The notes under the pieces were generated by a model. It saw nothing but the letters and a program-made list of their open reading frames with translations, was not told where the DNA came from and searched no databases. Both the position numbers and the translations under genes were made by a program. Positions 1 through 17,120 of a stretch of DNA of 64,000 nucleotides are shown one piece after another (position 1 is the first letter of the stretch; each line of letters starts with the position of its first letter). The DNA is from the human T2T-CHM13v2.0 reference genome, Homo sapiens. The stretch lies in assembly GCF_009914755.1 (NCBI RefSeq), contig NC_060935.1. The stretch is one strand, 5' to 3'.

Positions 1-107
1 TTTCACCATATTGGCCAGGCTAGCCTTGAACTCCTGACCTCATGTTCCACCCACTTTGGCCTCCCAAAGTGCTGGAGGACTAAAAGCGTGAGCCACCTCA
101 CCCAGCC
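1..107 (-). mobile_element. Alu, partial (cut by window edge)
   Basis: ctcctgacct...cctcccaaagtgctgg...gtgagccac, the antisense left arm. Confidence 0.9.
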
Positions 108-1376
108 CAATGCTATTAATTAAATCTACTATGTCTGTGCTCTATAAGTGGAACAACAAAGCTTGGATCAGTTTACATCAGTTTACAGCATGCTTTACTG
201 AACATTTTAAGCCCACTGTTGAGACTTACTGCTCAGAAAAAAAGATTCCCTTCAAAATATGTAATATTACTATTCATTGACAGGGTACCACCAAGAACTC
301 TGATGGAGATTTACAAGGAGATTAATGTTGTTTTCATGCCTACTAACAAAATATCCATTCTGGCAGTCCAGGGATCAAGGAATAATTTTGACTTGCAAGT
401 CTTATTATTTAAGAAATATATTTTGTTAAGGTTACAGCTGCCGTAGATAGTGATTGATTCCTCTGATGGATCTGGGCAAAATACACTGAAGACCTTCTGG
501 AAAGGATTTACCATACTAGATGCCATCAGGAATATTTGTGATTCATGGGAAGAGGTCAAAATAGCATCAATAATAGGAATTTGGAAGAAGTTGACTCTAA
601 CCCTCATGGATGACTTTGAGGGCTTCAAGACTTCAATGGAGGAAATCACTGCAAATGTGGAAAAGATAGCAAGAGAACTAGAATTAGAAGTGGAGCCTAA
701 AGATGTGACTGAACTGCTGCAATCTCATGATAAAACTTGAACAGATGAGGAGTTGTGTCTTCTGGATAAGCAAAGACAGTGGTTTCTTAATTTGGAATCT
801 GCTGGTGAAGATGCCGTGAACCATTGTGGAAATGACAACAAAGAGGATTTCAAAAATTCAACCTAGTTGACAAAGCAGTGGCAAGGTTTGAGAGCATTGA
901 CTCCAACCTTGTAAGAAGTTCTGTGGGTAAAATGCTATCAAACAGCGTTGCATGCTACAGAGAAATCTTTCATGGAAGGAAGGGGAAATCAATACAGCAA
1001 ATTTCATTATCATCTTATATTGAGAAATTGCCACAGCCACCCCATCCTTCAGCAACCACCACCCTGATAAGTCAGCAGCCATCAACATTGAGGCAAGACC
1101 TTTCACCAGCAAAAGGAATATGACTCACTGAAGGCTCAGATAATCATTAGAATTTTGTGGCAATAAACTGATTTTAATTAAGGCATGTACATTTTTTTAG
1201 ACATAATGCTATTACACATTTAAGAGACTATAGAATAGTGCAAACATAACTTTTATATTCACTGGGAAACCAGAAAATTTGCATCACTTGCCCTATTGTG
1301 ATATTCACTTTACTATTACATTCACTTTATTACAGCAGTCTGGAACCAAAACCACAATATTTCCAAGGTATGCCTA
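108..1376 (+). mobile_element. Tigger1 (TcMar-Tigger) DNA transposon, 3' part with decayed transposase
   Basis: ORF fragments such as [25 protein letters not shown] and [23 protein letters not shown] are Tigger1/TIGD1-like. The element ends in a TIR-like AAGGTATGCCT. Stops and frameshifts are present. Confidence 0.9.
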
Positions 1377-1822
1377 TGGATGAGTAAGAGATGGTTACAA
1401 TAATACATGCCAAGCAGATAGAATTGATACCCAAACATTTAAAATTTAACTTGGAATGCGTTGTGTGATTTCTTGAGGGGCAATACACATTTGTCTTTGA
1501 AGAATATAATTAACCTTATTTACTTCTCTTAGTAAAATATTATAAAAGTGAATCTTCCAAAAAGGTAGTCTTTAAAGTTTTCAAGAGCAAAACATTTTAA
1601 CTATTTTAAATGGAAGAATTTATACACATGTATATTTTTCTTCTTTCAAATAATATGTAGCCTATGATTTCACTTATTATGAAAGATAATAGTAGCTAAC
1701 ATTTATTGGTACTAACTTTATGCCAGGTCCAATATTGAGAGCTTTGCTTAAATTATTTAATTTAGTTTTGCAACTGTATTGGGTATGTACTGTTTTGCTT
1801 ATCTTCCAGGTAATGGAATTGA

Positions 1823-2162
<340 letters not shown>

Positions 2163-2255
2163 TTACTGAGATTTCTAATTTATCCTAAGTGGCATAGCAA
2201 TACTTATTATGCTTTTTGTTTGCTTTAGATGTTAGGGGGCAACAGGAAACAATTC

Positions 2256-2622
2256 TTTTTTTTTTTTTTTTGAGAATATCATAAGATTGCAGCAATTCAG
2301 TCATATCTTTAGGCTCCACTTCTAATCTGTTACCCAGGCTGGAGTGCAGTGGTGCAATCTTGGGTCACTGCAACATCTGCCTCCCGGGGCAGATGTTCCC
2401 AGCACAATTTTCGTGCCTCAACCTCTCGGGTAGCTGGGTTATGGACCAGCTACCTGACAGGCATGCACCACCACACCCAAGTAATTTTTGTATTTTTAGT
2501 AGAGACGAGGTTTTGCCTTGTTGGCCAGGCTGGTCTTGAACTCCTGACCTCACGTAATCCACTTTGGGAACATTTCAGCCTCCAAAGTGCTGGGATTAAG
2601 GAGTGAGCCCCCGCACCTGGCC
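2256..2622 (-). mobile_element. AluS-like with internal inverted-repeat rearrangements
   Basis: Poly-T plus dimer; TSD GGAA(A/C)CAATT; several non-consensus segments (see findings). Confidence 0.88.
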
Positions 2623-2859
2623 GGAACCAATTTATATGGATTCATGTTAGTGATTTGGGGTCTTGTCTCCTTGATGTTAGCTGTTCCTTGCTGACATGAT
2701 CGTTCCCTCCCTGTAATTTGCAGGAGAGACTTACGCTGTGGATTGTGAACCTGGATGACAACATGCTAACATTATATATTAAATTAAAAAATGTTCAGGC
2801 AGTAATTAAAAGCTGTAGGATACTCAGATAATCTAGGTTGAAGACCTGAAAGGCTACAC

Positions 2860-3070
2860 AGTGTGGAGAGAGCAGGTGGGGCCTCTGAAATCAGGTAGAC
2901 CTGGATTTAAATCCCAGCTCTGCCATTTACTGGTTGTGACCTTCAGCGAGAATCTCAATTTATCTTTGATTTGTTATCCATCAAACATGATCTACTTTGA
3001 AGAGTTGTTTTCAGTGATTCAAGATAATGAGTATAAAAGTGCTTGACACATAGAAGGCACTCAATATTCT
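2860..3070 (+). mobile_element. MIR
   Basis: agacctggatttaaatcccagctctgccatttactggttgtgacctt matches the MIR core. Confidence 0.7.
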
Positions 3071-4339
3071 GAAATGATTTAGCAGTGTCGTTGATTTGAT
3101 TGAACAGAGATTTTGTTTTGCTTTTCTACTTACTCATTGGCTCTTAGTTGTGTTCTGAGTAATTGAAATAATCAGATACAAAATCAAGTTCACTTTTATT
3201 GCTTTTAATATGTCAGTTTATATTTTGGGTTTTTCAAAGAGATTTCAAATCTATTACTTTATGTCTTATAGGGTAAAGCTAAAATTAGTTTTTGTTCTTT
3301 GTTCTTAGTCATCTGTACTCATTTCCTATTCAAAATTATGTGGGCTTAATTTTATCCTTATTCCGTGATTTAATCTGTTTCAAATCTTGGCTTTTATTTT
3401 ATAATTTATTTTTATTATGCACTCACAGGGAACAGTTTTCCCATATAGTTGAGGCTGTCTCCTCATTGTTGACTTACACTTTTAAAAAATCTTTGGCATC
3501 ATTTTCTTTGATGGCCTCATTGAGTTGATGATCTTATGTACTGGATACTTTATGCAATTTTGATGTAATTTTAAATGACTAGAACAGATATTAAATGAGC
3601 AAAAAATGTCTGTTTTAGGTTAAAATACATTATTTCTAGTTTTGCTAAGATAGAAAAGTGCCTTAAGTAACAAAAAAATGGGCATAAAGTATGTTAAATC
3701 ATGCATATGAAAAAATAGTTTCAAATGGGGGAAGTGTTTTCTAAACTACATTTCTATTACTTTGACTATTTCAGCTTATCTTTTAAGGTTAAATTTTGAG
3801 TTGTTTTAGCATTTTATTACATATGTGAAATATAGAAAATATAAAATGATAGTGAAAATCACCTATAATTCTTACCTAGAGATGACTTAAAATTTATAAT
3901 TCTTTTTTTCATCTTTTAAAAAATCTATTAATCTTTATAAACACATTCTTTTTTAAAAGTGTATGCATATATAGTTTTGTTTGGTTCTTGCTTTTCATTC
4001 AGTATATCATAAGAGTCTTCCTGTGTCATAAACATCCTTTTAAGAGATTATTTTTATTAGCTGAATGGCATTCAACATATTTAAGTGCTGTAATTTAATT
4101 ATGATATTTATTAAAATGTCACCAGTTTTTTAATTGTAATAACAGTGTGATAAATGTATATATAGGTCTGTTTAACATTATTGAATATATTTTTAACAAA
4201 TTCCTAGATGTGGCCATGCAAACTGCCATCTAGAAAAGTTATACCAATTTGTATTTCTGTCAGCAATGTATGTGTCCATTTCTCTGCACCCATCACTGTT
4301 TCCCCACACAGCCTATTTACGTTCATTTGATAGATAAGA

Positions 4340-4600
4340 ATGGGCATAACAGTGCTAAGAAGCTCATTTTGTACAGTCAGAGAGACGGAGATTGAGTTCC
4401 TGCTGTGACACTTGGGGGTTATGTATGTGATCTTGGGTAGGTTTCTTATAAAATGTCCCTAAGCTTCAGTTTCTTTCTTTATAAAATGGTGATAATAATA
4501 CATATCGTGGTAATGTCATGGTAATGGTTGTAGAGATTATTTGATGGTATATATCGAAGCACTTAAATTCTTGAGAAATGTTAGCTATCATTTATTATGA
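4340..4600 (+). mobile_element. MIR
   Basis: tgtgatcttgggtagg...ctaagcttcagtttc...taaaatggtgataataata. Confidence 0.6.
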
Positions 4601-5261
4601 ATGTGATTCTCCTCATCATATGCTATATTTTATACTTGGTAGTGGCTGATATAAAAGAAAGTTATTTGTTTTTATGTAATCATCTGGCTACCTTACTGAA
4701 TAACCCTTTAATGTACTGTTAGATCAATTGCAGGACCTAGTTCCAACACTTTTCAGTTGAGTCTCGTGATTTTCAGGTTCTATAATAATGACCCAATACT
4801 ATCAGGGTTTTTTCAGTATTTCAATTCATACCTTTTTTCTTCTTGTCTTATTGCATTGGCTGAAATCAGAGAACAGTGCTGGTTAGTAGTAGGCATTCAG
4901 CCTTTTCTTTTCCAATTTTAATAGGACTTCTTGTTTTCTAACACAGGTATCTCCTGCTTATATACACATGTTCTGAAAATACCTATAATGGTCAAATGTG
5001 ATCAACTTAAAAATAGACTTACATGCCCTAGAGGGATTCCCTTAAATTATTAAATCCCTAAGTATCTTTTGTGAAACATCTTCAACAATATATTTTCAGT
5101 ATTTAAGACGTGGTCTGTTTTTGAATTGAACATATTGTTAATCAGTTTAAATCCAGGAAGGCTGAAATTTTAATGATTCTATCCTTGTGTCAGTGGTATA
5201 AATTTTGAGACCTATTTTTATCACTGTTGTTCGTTTTTTATGTCATATCTATAAAATATGA

Positions 5262-6188
<927 letters not shown>

Positions 6189-6529
6189 TTAATGGAGTCT
6201 TAAGATCATGATCTTCATGCCCTCTTTACCTGGCTCCTTAGATATCTTTGCAAGAGCACTGTTTGAAAGCTCCTGCTCTCTCAAAAAAGGTTCAGATAAT
6301 TTACAAACACCAAAAATGACAGTGCTATTGAAATGGAGCTTTTCAGAGGCTGGCAGACAAACCACATATGTGATATCATGATAGCATGAGGTTTTTATTA
6401 AATAGTTTTTGTACTGAAGTCCTAATTTAGCATGTAAAAAACGATTAAGTTTAGTGGCATATATACTACATGAAAATAAGGTATTCACAAATTTAGGTAA
6501 TGTCTTCCTATTCTTAAGTTACTAAAATT

Positions 6530-6850
6530 TTGCTCCTGGACTCTTTTTCTACACTCTTCCAAAATAGTCCATCCAATACTGTATTTTAAAATACCATCCA
6601 TGTGCTGATGACTACCATATTTATATCTCCGATCCTGACTTCTCTCTTGTACACTGCTGTCTTGTGGACAGCTCCACTTGGATAGCTATTGGTATCTGAA
6701 ACTAAAATTATCTAAAACAGAATTTTTATCCCTCTAAATCTGTTCCTTTCTAAGTCTAAATGTTACTACCTTCTTCTCAGCCGCTCAAATCAAAAATCTA
6801 GAAGTTCTTGATACTTCCTTCATCTTCCACACTGAATCCAGTTTAAGAGC
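6530..6850 (+). mobile_element. L2 fragment
   Basis: tgctgatgactaccatatttatatctc...ctccacttggata... is typical of the L2 3' region. Confidence 0.55.
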
Positions 6851-9475
6851 TGTTAACCAATACATGCAACAAGTTGAATTAACAAAGTTGTTCAATATTA
6901 GGAAATCTGTTATCATAGAATAAACCCTACCTGGTTAATGTATATTATTATAATTTGAATATACCGTATAATTTCTTTCTTACATTTAGAACTTTTGCAT
7001 ATAAGATTAATCTATTCATATATTTGGTTAGTTTGGGTGCCATCTTTGTTGGGCTTTGTCAGCAGTTAGGCTAGCCTCATAGACCAGTTGGGATGCCTTC
7101 AATCTTCAGTGTTGTAGGATAATCTAAGAAACATAGGAATTGTTAGATGCTTCGAGTTTTGTTATAGCATGTCTGTAGAATCTGTGGGTAAAGGATTCTT
7201 TGTTAGGAATGGAATCAAGTATATAAATCCTTAATAAAGCTCTCATTCCTTCCATGGTTATTCATATTTATAACCTCTTCCCAAGTCAGCTTTGATTATA
7301 GGTTCTTAATTTATTGGCATAAAGATTTATGCAGAAATGGCACACTTTAAGCATCCCTTTCATCTCATTGAATATTACAATGGTAATGTTATATATTTGT
7401 GGAGTTCCCTGACCTCCTGGTCATACTTTTTGGAGGTTATTCACTCATTCATTCCTTCATCATTCATTACCAGCTTTCCATTTTGTTAATGGGTTTTACT
7501 TTTTAATTTTGCTTCCTAATTTATTTATTTCTGCTTTTAATTTTATGCCTTTGTTCACCTTTATTTGGTTTGTCTGCTCATTTTAACACTTCCAACTTAA
7601 ATATTTTATTTAGTTTGTTTCTTGTTTTCTATTAGATGCATTTACAACATAAATTTTTCTTTGACTGTCAGTTTGGCCATATCCTGTAGGCTATAATTTT
7701 ATTGTCATTCATTTCTAAATAGTCTGTAATTTTTATTTCTTTTTACTACAGTTATTTGGAAGAGCATTTTAATTTGCAGATAGTGGGATTTTTAGATGGT
7801 TGGCTGGTTTGTTTTTGGCTTTCTATCTGCCTCTAACTTCTCATTTTTATGCATCATGATGAGAGTATATTTCTATTTTCCAGGTTTGAGTTTTTCCTCA
7901 ATGCCTTGAAAAAGTTATTTTTCAAAAGTTACAGGCACAAATGTTTGCCTGAATCTCAACTTTGAAGTCAAGCAGCCCACAGTAAATTATTACGTGAATA
8001 CCTGAGATACAGGGGTTGCTTTTGTTGTTGTTGTTTAAACACCTAAACCCTGGAGTTTAATGCCATCTCATTATTTAAGGCCTGTGGATAGGAGAAATAA
8101 AACTTCTGCTTGTCAGGGCTTTTTGTCCTTTTTGTGTAAGGATAGGGATGGTGTAACTTTCAAAATAAACGTATTTTTCCTAGTTTGTTTTAAAAATATT
8201 TGAGTTCCTTAAATGGAGTTTCCCTATGATATTAATAGTTCTCCACACTGATTGGCCCTAGTATGCTCCTTTCTATGGGTTTTATAGGATTTCTTGGGGA
8301 TTGGAAGTTGAGCCAGCACCTATGGCTTTTCTTTGGCCCCCACTGTACTCTTTTTTACCAGTTTAATAGTATTTCCAGGAGCACTTCTGAATACTCTCCA
8401 CCCTCACACTCAAGATTTTAAAGCTTAGGAAATAATAATTAACTCCTCTTTCCTGTCCTGCTTATGGATGGAATGAATAAACTGCCATAGGAATAGTAGA
8501 ATTATAGAGATTATTCCACATTCTTGAGAATGGAGAAGGGTGGCAATTCTAGTGATTCCTGTAAGACAATGAACAGACAACTAATGCATCAAATCACTGC
8601 CCTTTTATTTCCCATTAAGTTTCCTACTCTTTAGTGTTCTGTCACTTCTTCTGAGTACATTGAGAGAGCCTCTGACTGGTCCTAAGGTCTTTCAAACCCC
8701 TCTTTGGAATAGAACATAAGTAGGGAACAAGAAGCAGCTAATCTTTGAAGGCAAATTTGGATTCTACAAATTAGAAAGATATTCTGTACTAAAAGAAAGA
8801 CTAGCTTCAGAGTGTAGGTAGTATAATTTAAAGTATGATTTTTAAAGAAAAATCAGGAATCAGCTTATAAGAAAAAACTTCACAAAATTAATTTTGTGGA
8901 TTTGGTTGAGGTGGGAAATTGTACTGCTGGCGTGGATGTCTGGGAAGCACATACCAGGTTGGCAGCTGCAGCTTAGCTTCGAGATCATCCCGTGCTGTGA
9001 TAGCACCTGAGTGAAGATGTGGCAGGTGGAGAAGGCACTTTGGAACTCCTGAGTGACAGCCAGAAGCCAGAGTGTTACTTTGGCAAGTGTGCTACCAGGT
9101 GCTGAGTCTTGGGCCTGAGCATTCCTCACGATAACAGGTAGATCATAACTGTTTATTTCCTACTTTGATAGCAAATGAATGTGCATTTTACTAGATTGGA
9201 TACTTACTTGATGGTATACACCTAATGTGAGCAGGACAGTTAAACATGGATTTACATATGATCAAAATCCTGAAATAATTTATAAACCTACATACAGTGT
9301 ATAGAATTCTCATATCCTTCAATATGTGATAGATTCTTACTCAACTTTTTTTGTTATCTCAAAAAAAAAATCAGAATTAGAAGGTAAAATAAAAGTCAGT
9401 AACTTATTTTAGAAACACCAGTTCCGAAGACTTGACTCATTTGTCTAATTGCCCGATCTTTGCTTCCCCAGTAGC

Positions 9476-9779
9476 TTTTTTTTTTTTCTGAGACAAAGTC
9501 TTGGTCACCCCAGCTGGAGTGCAGTGGCACGATCACGGCTCACTGCAGCCTGAATCTCCCTGGCTCAAGGATTCTCCCACCTCAGCTTCCCAAGTAGCTG
9601 GGAGTATAGGCACACACCACCAGGCCTGACTGATTTTTTTTTTTTTTTTTTTAGTTTTTGTGGAGACAGAGTCTTTCTGTGTTGCCCAGGCTGGTCTCAA
9701 ATTCCTGGGCTCAAGCCACCCTCTCACCTCAGCATCCCAAGGTGCTGAGATTACAGGCGTGAACCACTGTACCTGGCCC
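9476..9779 (-). mobile_element. AluJ-like
   Basis: Dimer with TSD CCCCAGTAGCTTTT on both sides. Confidence 0.9.
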
Positions 9780-10073
9780 CCAGTAGCTTTTTGATTACCA
9801 AATCCAATGGAGTAAAAGTTTTTTCCACAAATGAGAAATAGGGTAAGCTGCTCTTATCCTCCCCACATCCCCATCTTTCAGTGCATGTGCATGGTCATGC
9901 ACACGTGCACACGTACACATGAACACTCATGCATGTGAACATACACAAGCATAGAGGAGGAAAGGTGCAGGGATAAGGAAGGAGGTCCACAGACCAGGAA
10001 CATACTAGGACTGCTGTCCTTATAATATCCATTGTATTTACATCCCCTCCTCAAAAATCCTTCACATATGTAG

Positions 10074-10472
<399 letters not shown>

Positions 10473-11078
10473 TAGGAATAAAGTATTTAGATTGCCAAAT
10501 GGCAGCACTAAGCGCTGAGAAGGGTTAAAGAAGGACTAGAAAAGGAGGTAGAAGAGCCACAGAAGTTAACCTCCTGCTTCCTTCTGATAACTGTCAGTTG
10601 CCTGCCAGAGGCCCTTTTCCTTGCCTTTCACTCTCCACTCCCAGTCAGTCCTGGCTCACTGGGTGTTGTAGAGGCCAAGAAGGACTGCAGAGTTGAGAGT
10701 GGTTGGTTTTGGCAGAGAATTATGGGATGGAAAGCCAATGGTTGCCTGACTGAACCAAGTCTGTTGTTTTTCCCCATTTCACTGCTATTCCTTCTTTTTT
10801 CTGTAAGTTATTCTTTCTGTTGTTCTAATTGATTCATTAATTCATTCATACACAGATGTGCATGCATATACCCGTCATCTCTCCTGCCCCACTGAATCCA
10901 GTCTCCTGGTTTAAAGTTCTTATCGCCCCCCCCACCAAAAAAAAAGATTTAAAAAAAAGTCTTCTTTTGAAACCGTTCCTATCCCTCCCTGCCATCCCCA
11001 AAATAATCCTTCTATATCTTATTCTTTTCCTGCCAAACATATGCTGTCATCTCTCTCTAGCACATACTTATTTCTTAG

Positions 11079-11555
11079 CTAGGAGTTTTTAACCTGTGTT
11101 CCATGCTTCTCCAAAGAGTCGATAGATAGAATTTGGAGATTGTATGATGTTGAGTATGGGAAAAAATTTTCATCTTTTTTTTCTACAACCTCTAATTGAA
11201 ATTTAGCATTTCCCTTAATTATGAATGTAAGCAACAAACCCAATGTTAATAGCAGTATTCACCCATAGAAATGATGTTTCCCTACATATTACAGTTGAAA
11301 CAAATATCCTGAAATATTTACACTTTATGTCAAAATCATGTGAATAGATTTGCTGCTACATCTTGTTATTTTAATGTGTTAGTAAAAAGCACATATTTTA
11401 CTGTACCACAATTTTTAATATTTTGAGGACTATAATATAATTGGCTTCTTTTGCAATTCAATCCTATGTTTTTGTTTTATGCATTGAAAAGCCTTACTTT
11501 GAAAAGAAGTCTGTAGACTTCATTAGACTGAGAAAGGGGTCTATGTTACAAAAAT
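11079..11555. mobile_element. hAT-Charlie-type DNA transposon remnant
   Basis: Termini resemble CAGGGGTTCTTAACCTG and AAAGGGGTCCATGGCACAAAAA; subfamily not assigned. Confidence 0.5.
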
Positions 11556-13029
11556 ATGCCTGTTTATCCCATCTCTCTTCCTTTTGCAGAAATAGCTCTC
11601 TCAGGGACCATTAGTAACCTTGACCCACATCCTCTTCTCTGTGCCATCAGTTATTTTATAACTCCTTCCTCTTTTGTCTTTAGTATCAAATCCTGACTCA
11701 ACTCATTGGCTCTATCTTAGAAAATATATCATGTTTGTTTCTCTTTTTTTCTGCATAACTTTAGGTAACTTAGTCAGCTTTTACTTAGACTATTATAAGA
11801 CCTTCCTAAATTGTCATCTTTGAGTTTCTTGCCTCCCCAAAACTAATACAGCTGGAGTTGTCATCCTAAAATAGAAATATGTACTCAGAAACCTTCAGTG
11901 TTTCCCATTACCTTGCTAAAATGTGGGTAGAAGAACACTATTCCCTTTTTCAGAAACCTTCAGTAGTTCCCCACTACCAAAGGTGAAACTCCGTATAGCA
12001 TTATAGACTTTCCATGAACCAGCCACATCCTGACTGACTAGCCGCTTCTCCGGGAGTATTCATCACACAGTTTTCTGTATGTTGTATCATCTCTCACGCC
12101 TCTGGACCTTTGATCCTGTTGTTCTCTGGGCAACAATCCTTTTTTTTCTTTGCCTCACCTTACTCCCCCTCCTTCTACCTAACACAGACACATATACCAT
12201 AGGGAATATAGGAATAGTTTGTCACTGTCATTGTATACTCAGTTTATATGTCACCTCTCAGAGGCTTCCCAAATCTGAAGCAAAGTCTTTGTCTCTTGTA
12301 CTCTATGACATATCCCTATATGCAGGCATCCCCTGTGTTTTACAGATATTCATTTATCTGGTTTCCTTAATACATTTTATAGTTCTTAAGAATAGCAACT
12401 TGTATTCATGTTTGTAACCTCCGTCTTTAACTAAGCATCATCTCTTTCTCATAGTAGGCATTCAGATAAATGTTTCTTCCGTGAGTAAATTAATTCATTG
12501 GATACTGGCTTAACCTTTCATTTAGTTTGACTGGATAATCGTGGACCATGCTGCTATTTTTCTGCTACTCATGAAAGTATTACTTTAAAAATGTATTATT
12601 TGTATAGAATTTTGAAGTAAAATTTGATCAGCTAGCTCATGTCTCTAAAATGCCCCAAGAACTAAGGTATTTTATATTTAAGTTATATGTCTAAATTATA
12701 CCACTGTCAATAAAATAAACTCCTCATTCACAAGTATCATTTTTTTACACAAACGATTTTTAGTTAACAGTTATTTTAGGGGGAAAAATATTATGGCTTT
12801 AACTTTTCAATAATTTATAGATCTTTGGAGAAAGCTAACTGAAAAGTGTAGCAGTTTATGACTTTAGGGGAATTCTGTGGCTAGAAATTTAAATGTTAAT
12901 GAAATTATAGGAGAGGTGGGAGAGTACTGCTGCTCTAAATTTGTCTATAGCCATTTATTTTATAATAATTTTTCACTATCCACCATCTATATTGTTAAAC
13001 TGAAATGAAGGTTTCACTTCTCATTTTCT

Positions 13030-13990
<961 letters not shown>

Positions 13991-14619
13991 TGTTTTCTCA
14001 TTTTCTGGAAGAAAATCTTTGTTTCCTTTCAGGTGCCTGCTATATTTTCTTCTAATTAAACTTCAGTTTTCTCCCTCTTGCCTTCACTCCTGCCCACCAT
14101 TAAATCAATGTATTTCTTCTAAATCACTCATTTCCAAGCGTTCTTACACTTATGTTCCTTACCAATTTCTAACATTGTTTTCTAATTATTTGCACTAGCC
14201 AAAGTGTTAATCCCAGCACTTTAATCTTCAATAATTTTTTTAATAAAGAGGATAGGTATGTTTGGCTTTTCCAAACTAAATGTTATTTCCCTTTCCCTTT
14301 GAGAAACATTATTCTAAATTATTTTCTTTATTTTCCAAAATTCAAATGTTGAGATATCATGCACAAAGGAATAGAGTCGGGCATTTTAACTCTAGGGCAT
14401 TTTAACTCTAATGCATTTGATTTCTTGGTTCTATAAATATGTGGTAAGAACTAATGGGACACAGTTAAAGCTTTTGCCTGCATAATATTCTTCTGTGTTA
14501 CTAAGGAGAGACGTTTTAGAATTACAGTAATGAGAATATGGAATAAATAATGACAATCAGGTTTTCTATTTTTCTGTACTGCAATTTCATTTTTACACTA
14601 AACTTTTTTAAAGACACAC

Positions 14620-14785
14620 CTCACCATTTACTATGTGACAATCACTGTTATAAGTTATTATGTATATTAACTCATTTAATCTTCATAACAACCCTATGCT
14701 GTTAGTGGTATTATCATCTCCATTTTATATTTGAGGAAAATGAGACACAGAGAGGTTAAGTAACTTGTGCAGGTTGCTTGGTTAG
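14620..14785 (-). mobile_element. MIR
   Basis: catttaatcttcataacaaccctatg...gaggaaaatgagacacagagaggttaagtaacttg. Confidence 0.75.
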
Positions 14786-15567
14786 TTTCAGGGAGAAGGC
14801 ATGGTATGGATTGGTTCTTATATCCATAAATTATAAAATCACCCTGTAGTTCATCCTCTTTTCTTTGTACTTTATACTAGAATAAATTGTACCCTGGAGT
14901 TTATTAGTAAGTATTCAGAGACAAGTTTCAGAATACCAGTAAGCCAGATCTCTGGAAATAGTAGTCCCTTTATAGGAACAAGTGGTCCAGTCTAGCCTAG
15001 CTTCCTTTGGCACTGGCCAGTTGGTTTGCCATTGAGAGCAAGTTCTGAATGGAATACCATACCACTTTTAAATCAACAAAATAGTGGTGCCTAATTGGTG
15101 GCAAAGCAAATAGGTTTAAAGAAAGTGACAAGCCATTCTTATGATTATTGATGTAAAAATTCTTAGTGAAATATCAGCATATGTAATCCTCCTCAAAGTA
15201 ATCATATTTCTCTATTGGCTAATCTATTAGTATAATTCACAATATAAGTTAAAAATTTGTGATTGTCTAATAGATCATTTTAATGTAATCCACATTTCTA
15301 AATTTTTTCTCTAAATCTTTTATGTAGGAGAAAAATGTATTTCTGTAAATGATTTTTCAAAGGCTGTATGTAGTGTGGTATGTATATGTATAGATGTATA
15401 TAAAGTTATAATTACATATAGCTAACATATGAATGCTTGCTATATGCCTTGCACTGTTCTGAGAGTTTTATATTTATTAGCTCATTAAATTTCAAACAAC
15501 CATATTTTATCCTTTTTTCAACAATTGAGGAAACTAAGGCATGGGGAGGTTAATTTGTCCCACATGA

Positions 15568-15568
15568 G

Positions 15569-15599
<31 letters not shown>

Positions 15600-16049
15600 T
15601 ATATATATTATATATATACACACACACATATATATTATATATATACACACACATATATATATTATATATACACACACATATATATACACACACACATATA
15701 TATATTATATATACACACATATATATACACACACACATATATAATATATATATACACACACACATATATATAATATATATACACACACATATATATTATA
15801 TATATACACACACACATATATATTATATATATACACACACATATATATATTATATATACACACACATATATATACACACATATATTATATATATACACAC
15901 ACATATATATTATATATATACACACACACATATATATTATATATATACACATATATATTATATATATACACACACACACATATATTATATATATATACAC
16001 ATACACACACACATATACACACATACTTTATACACACATATATATATAT
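15568..16049. repeat. Compound (TA)n(CA)n micro/minisatellite, units of about 20-24 bp
   Basis: About 20 variant copies of TATATATACACACACACATATATAT; this explains the YI/TH low-complexity ORFs. Confidence 0.95.
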
Positions 16050-16059
16050 GTTGTATTAA

Positions 16060-17120
<1,061 letters not shown>

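Noticed and set aside
219-1123. ORFs resembling TIGD1 or a transposase
   Set aside because: They are fragments of a decayed Tigger1 copy in different frames with stops, not a domesticated gene.
15525-16024. YI/TH/VC-rich ORFs
   Set aside because: They are translations of the TA/CA tandem array.
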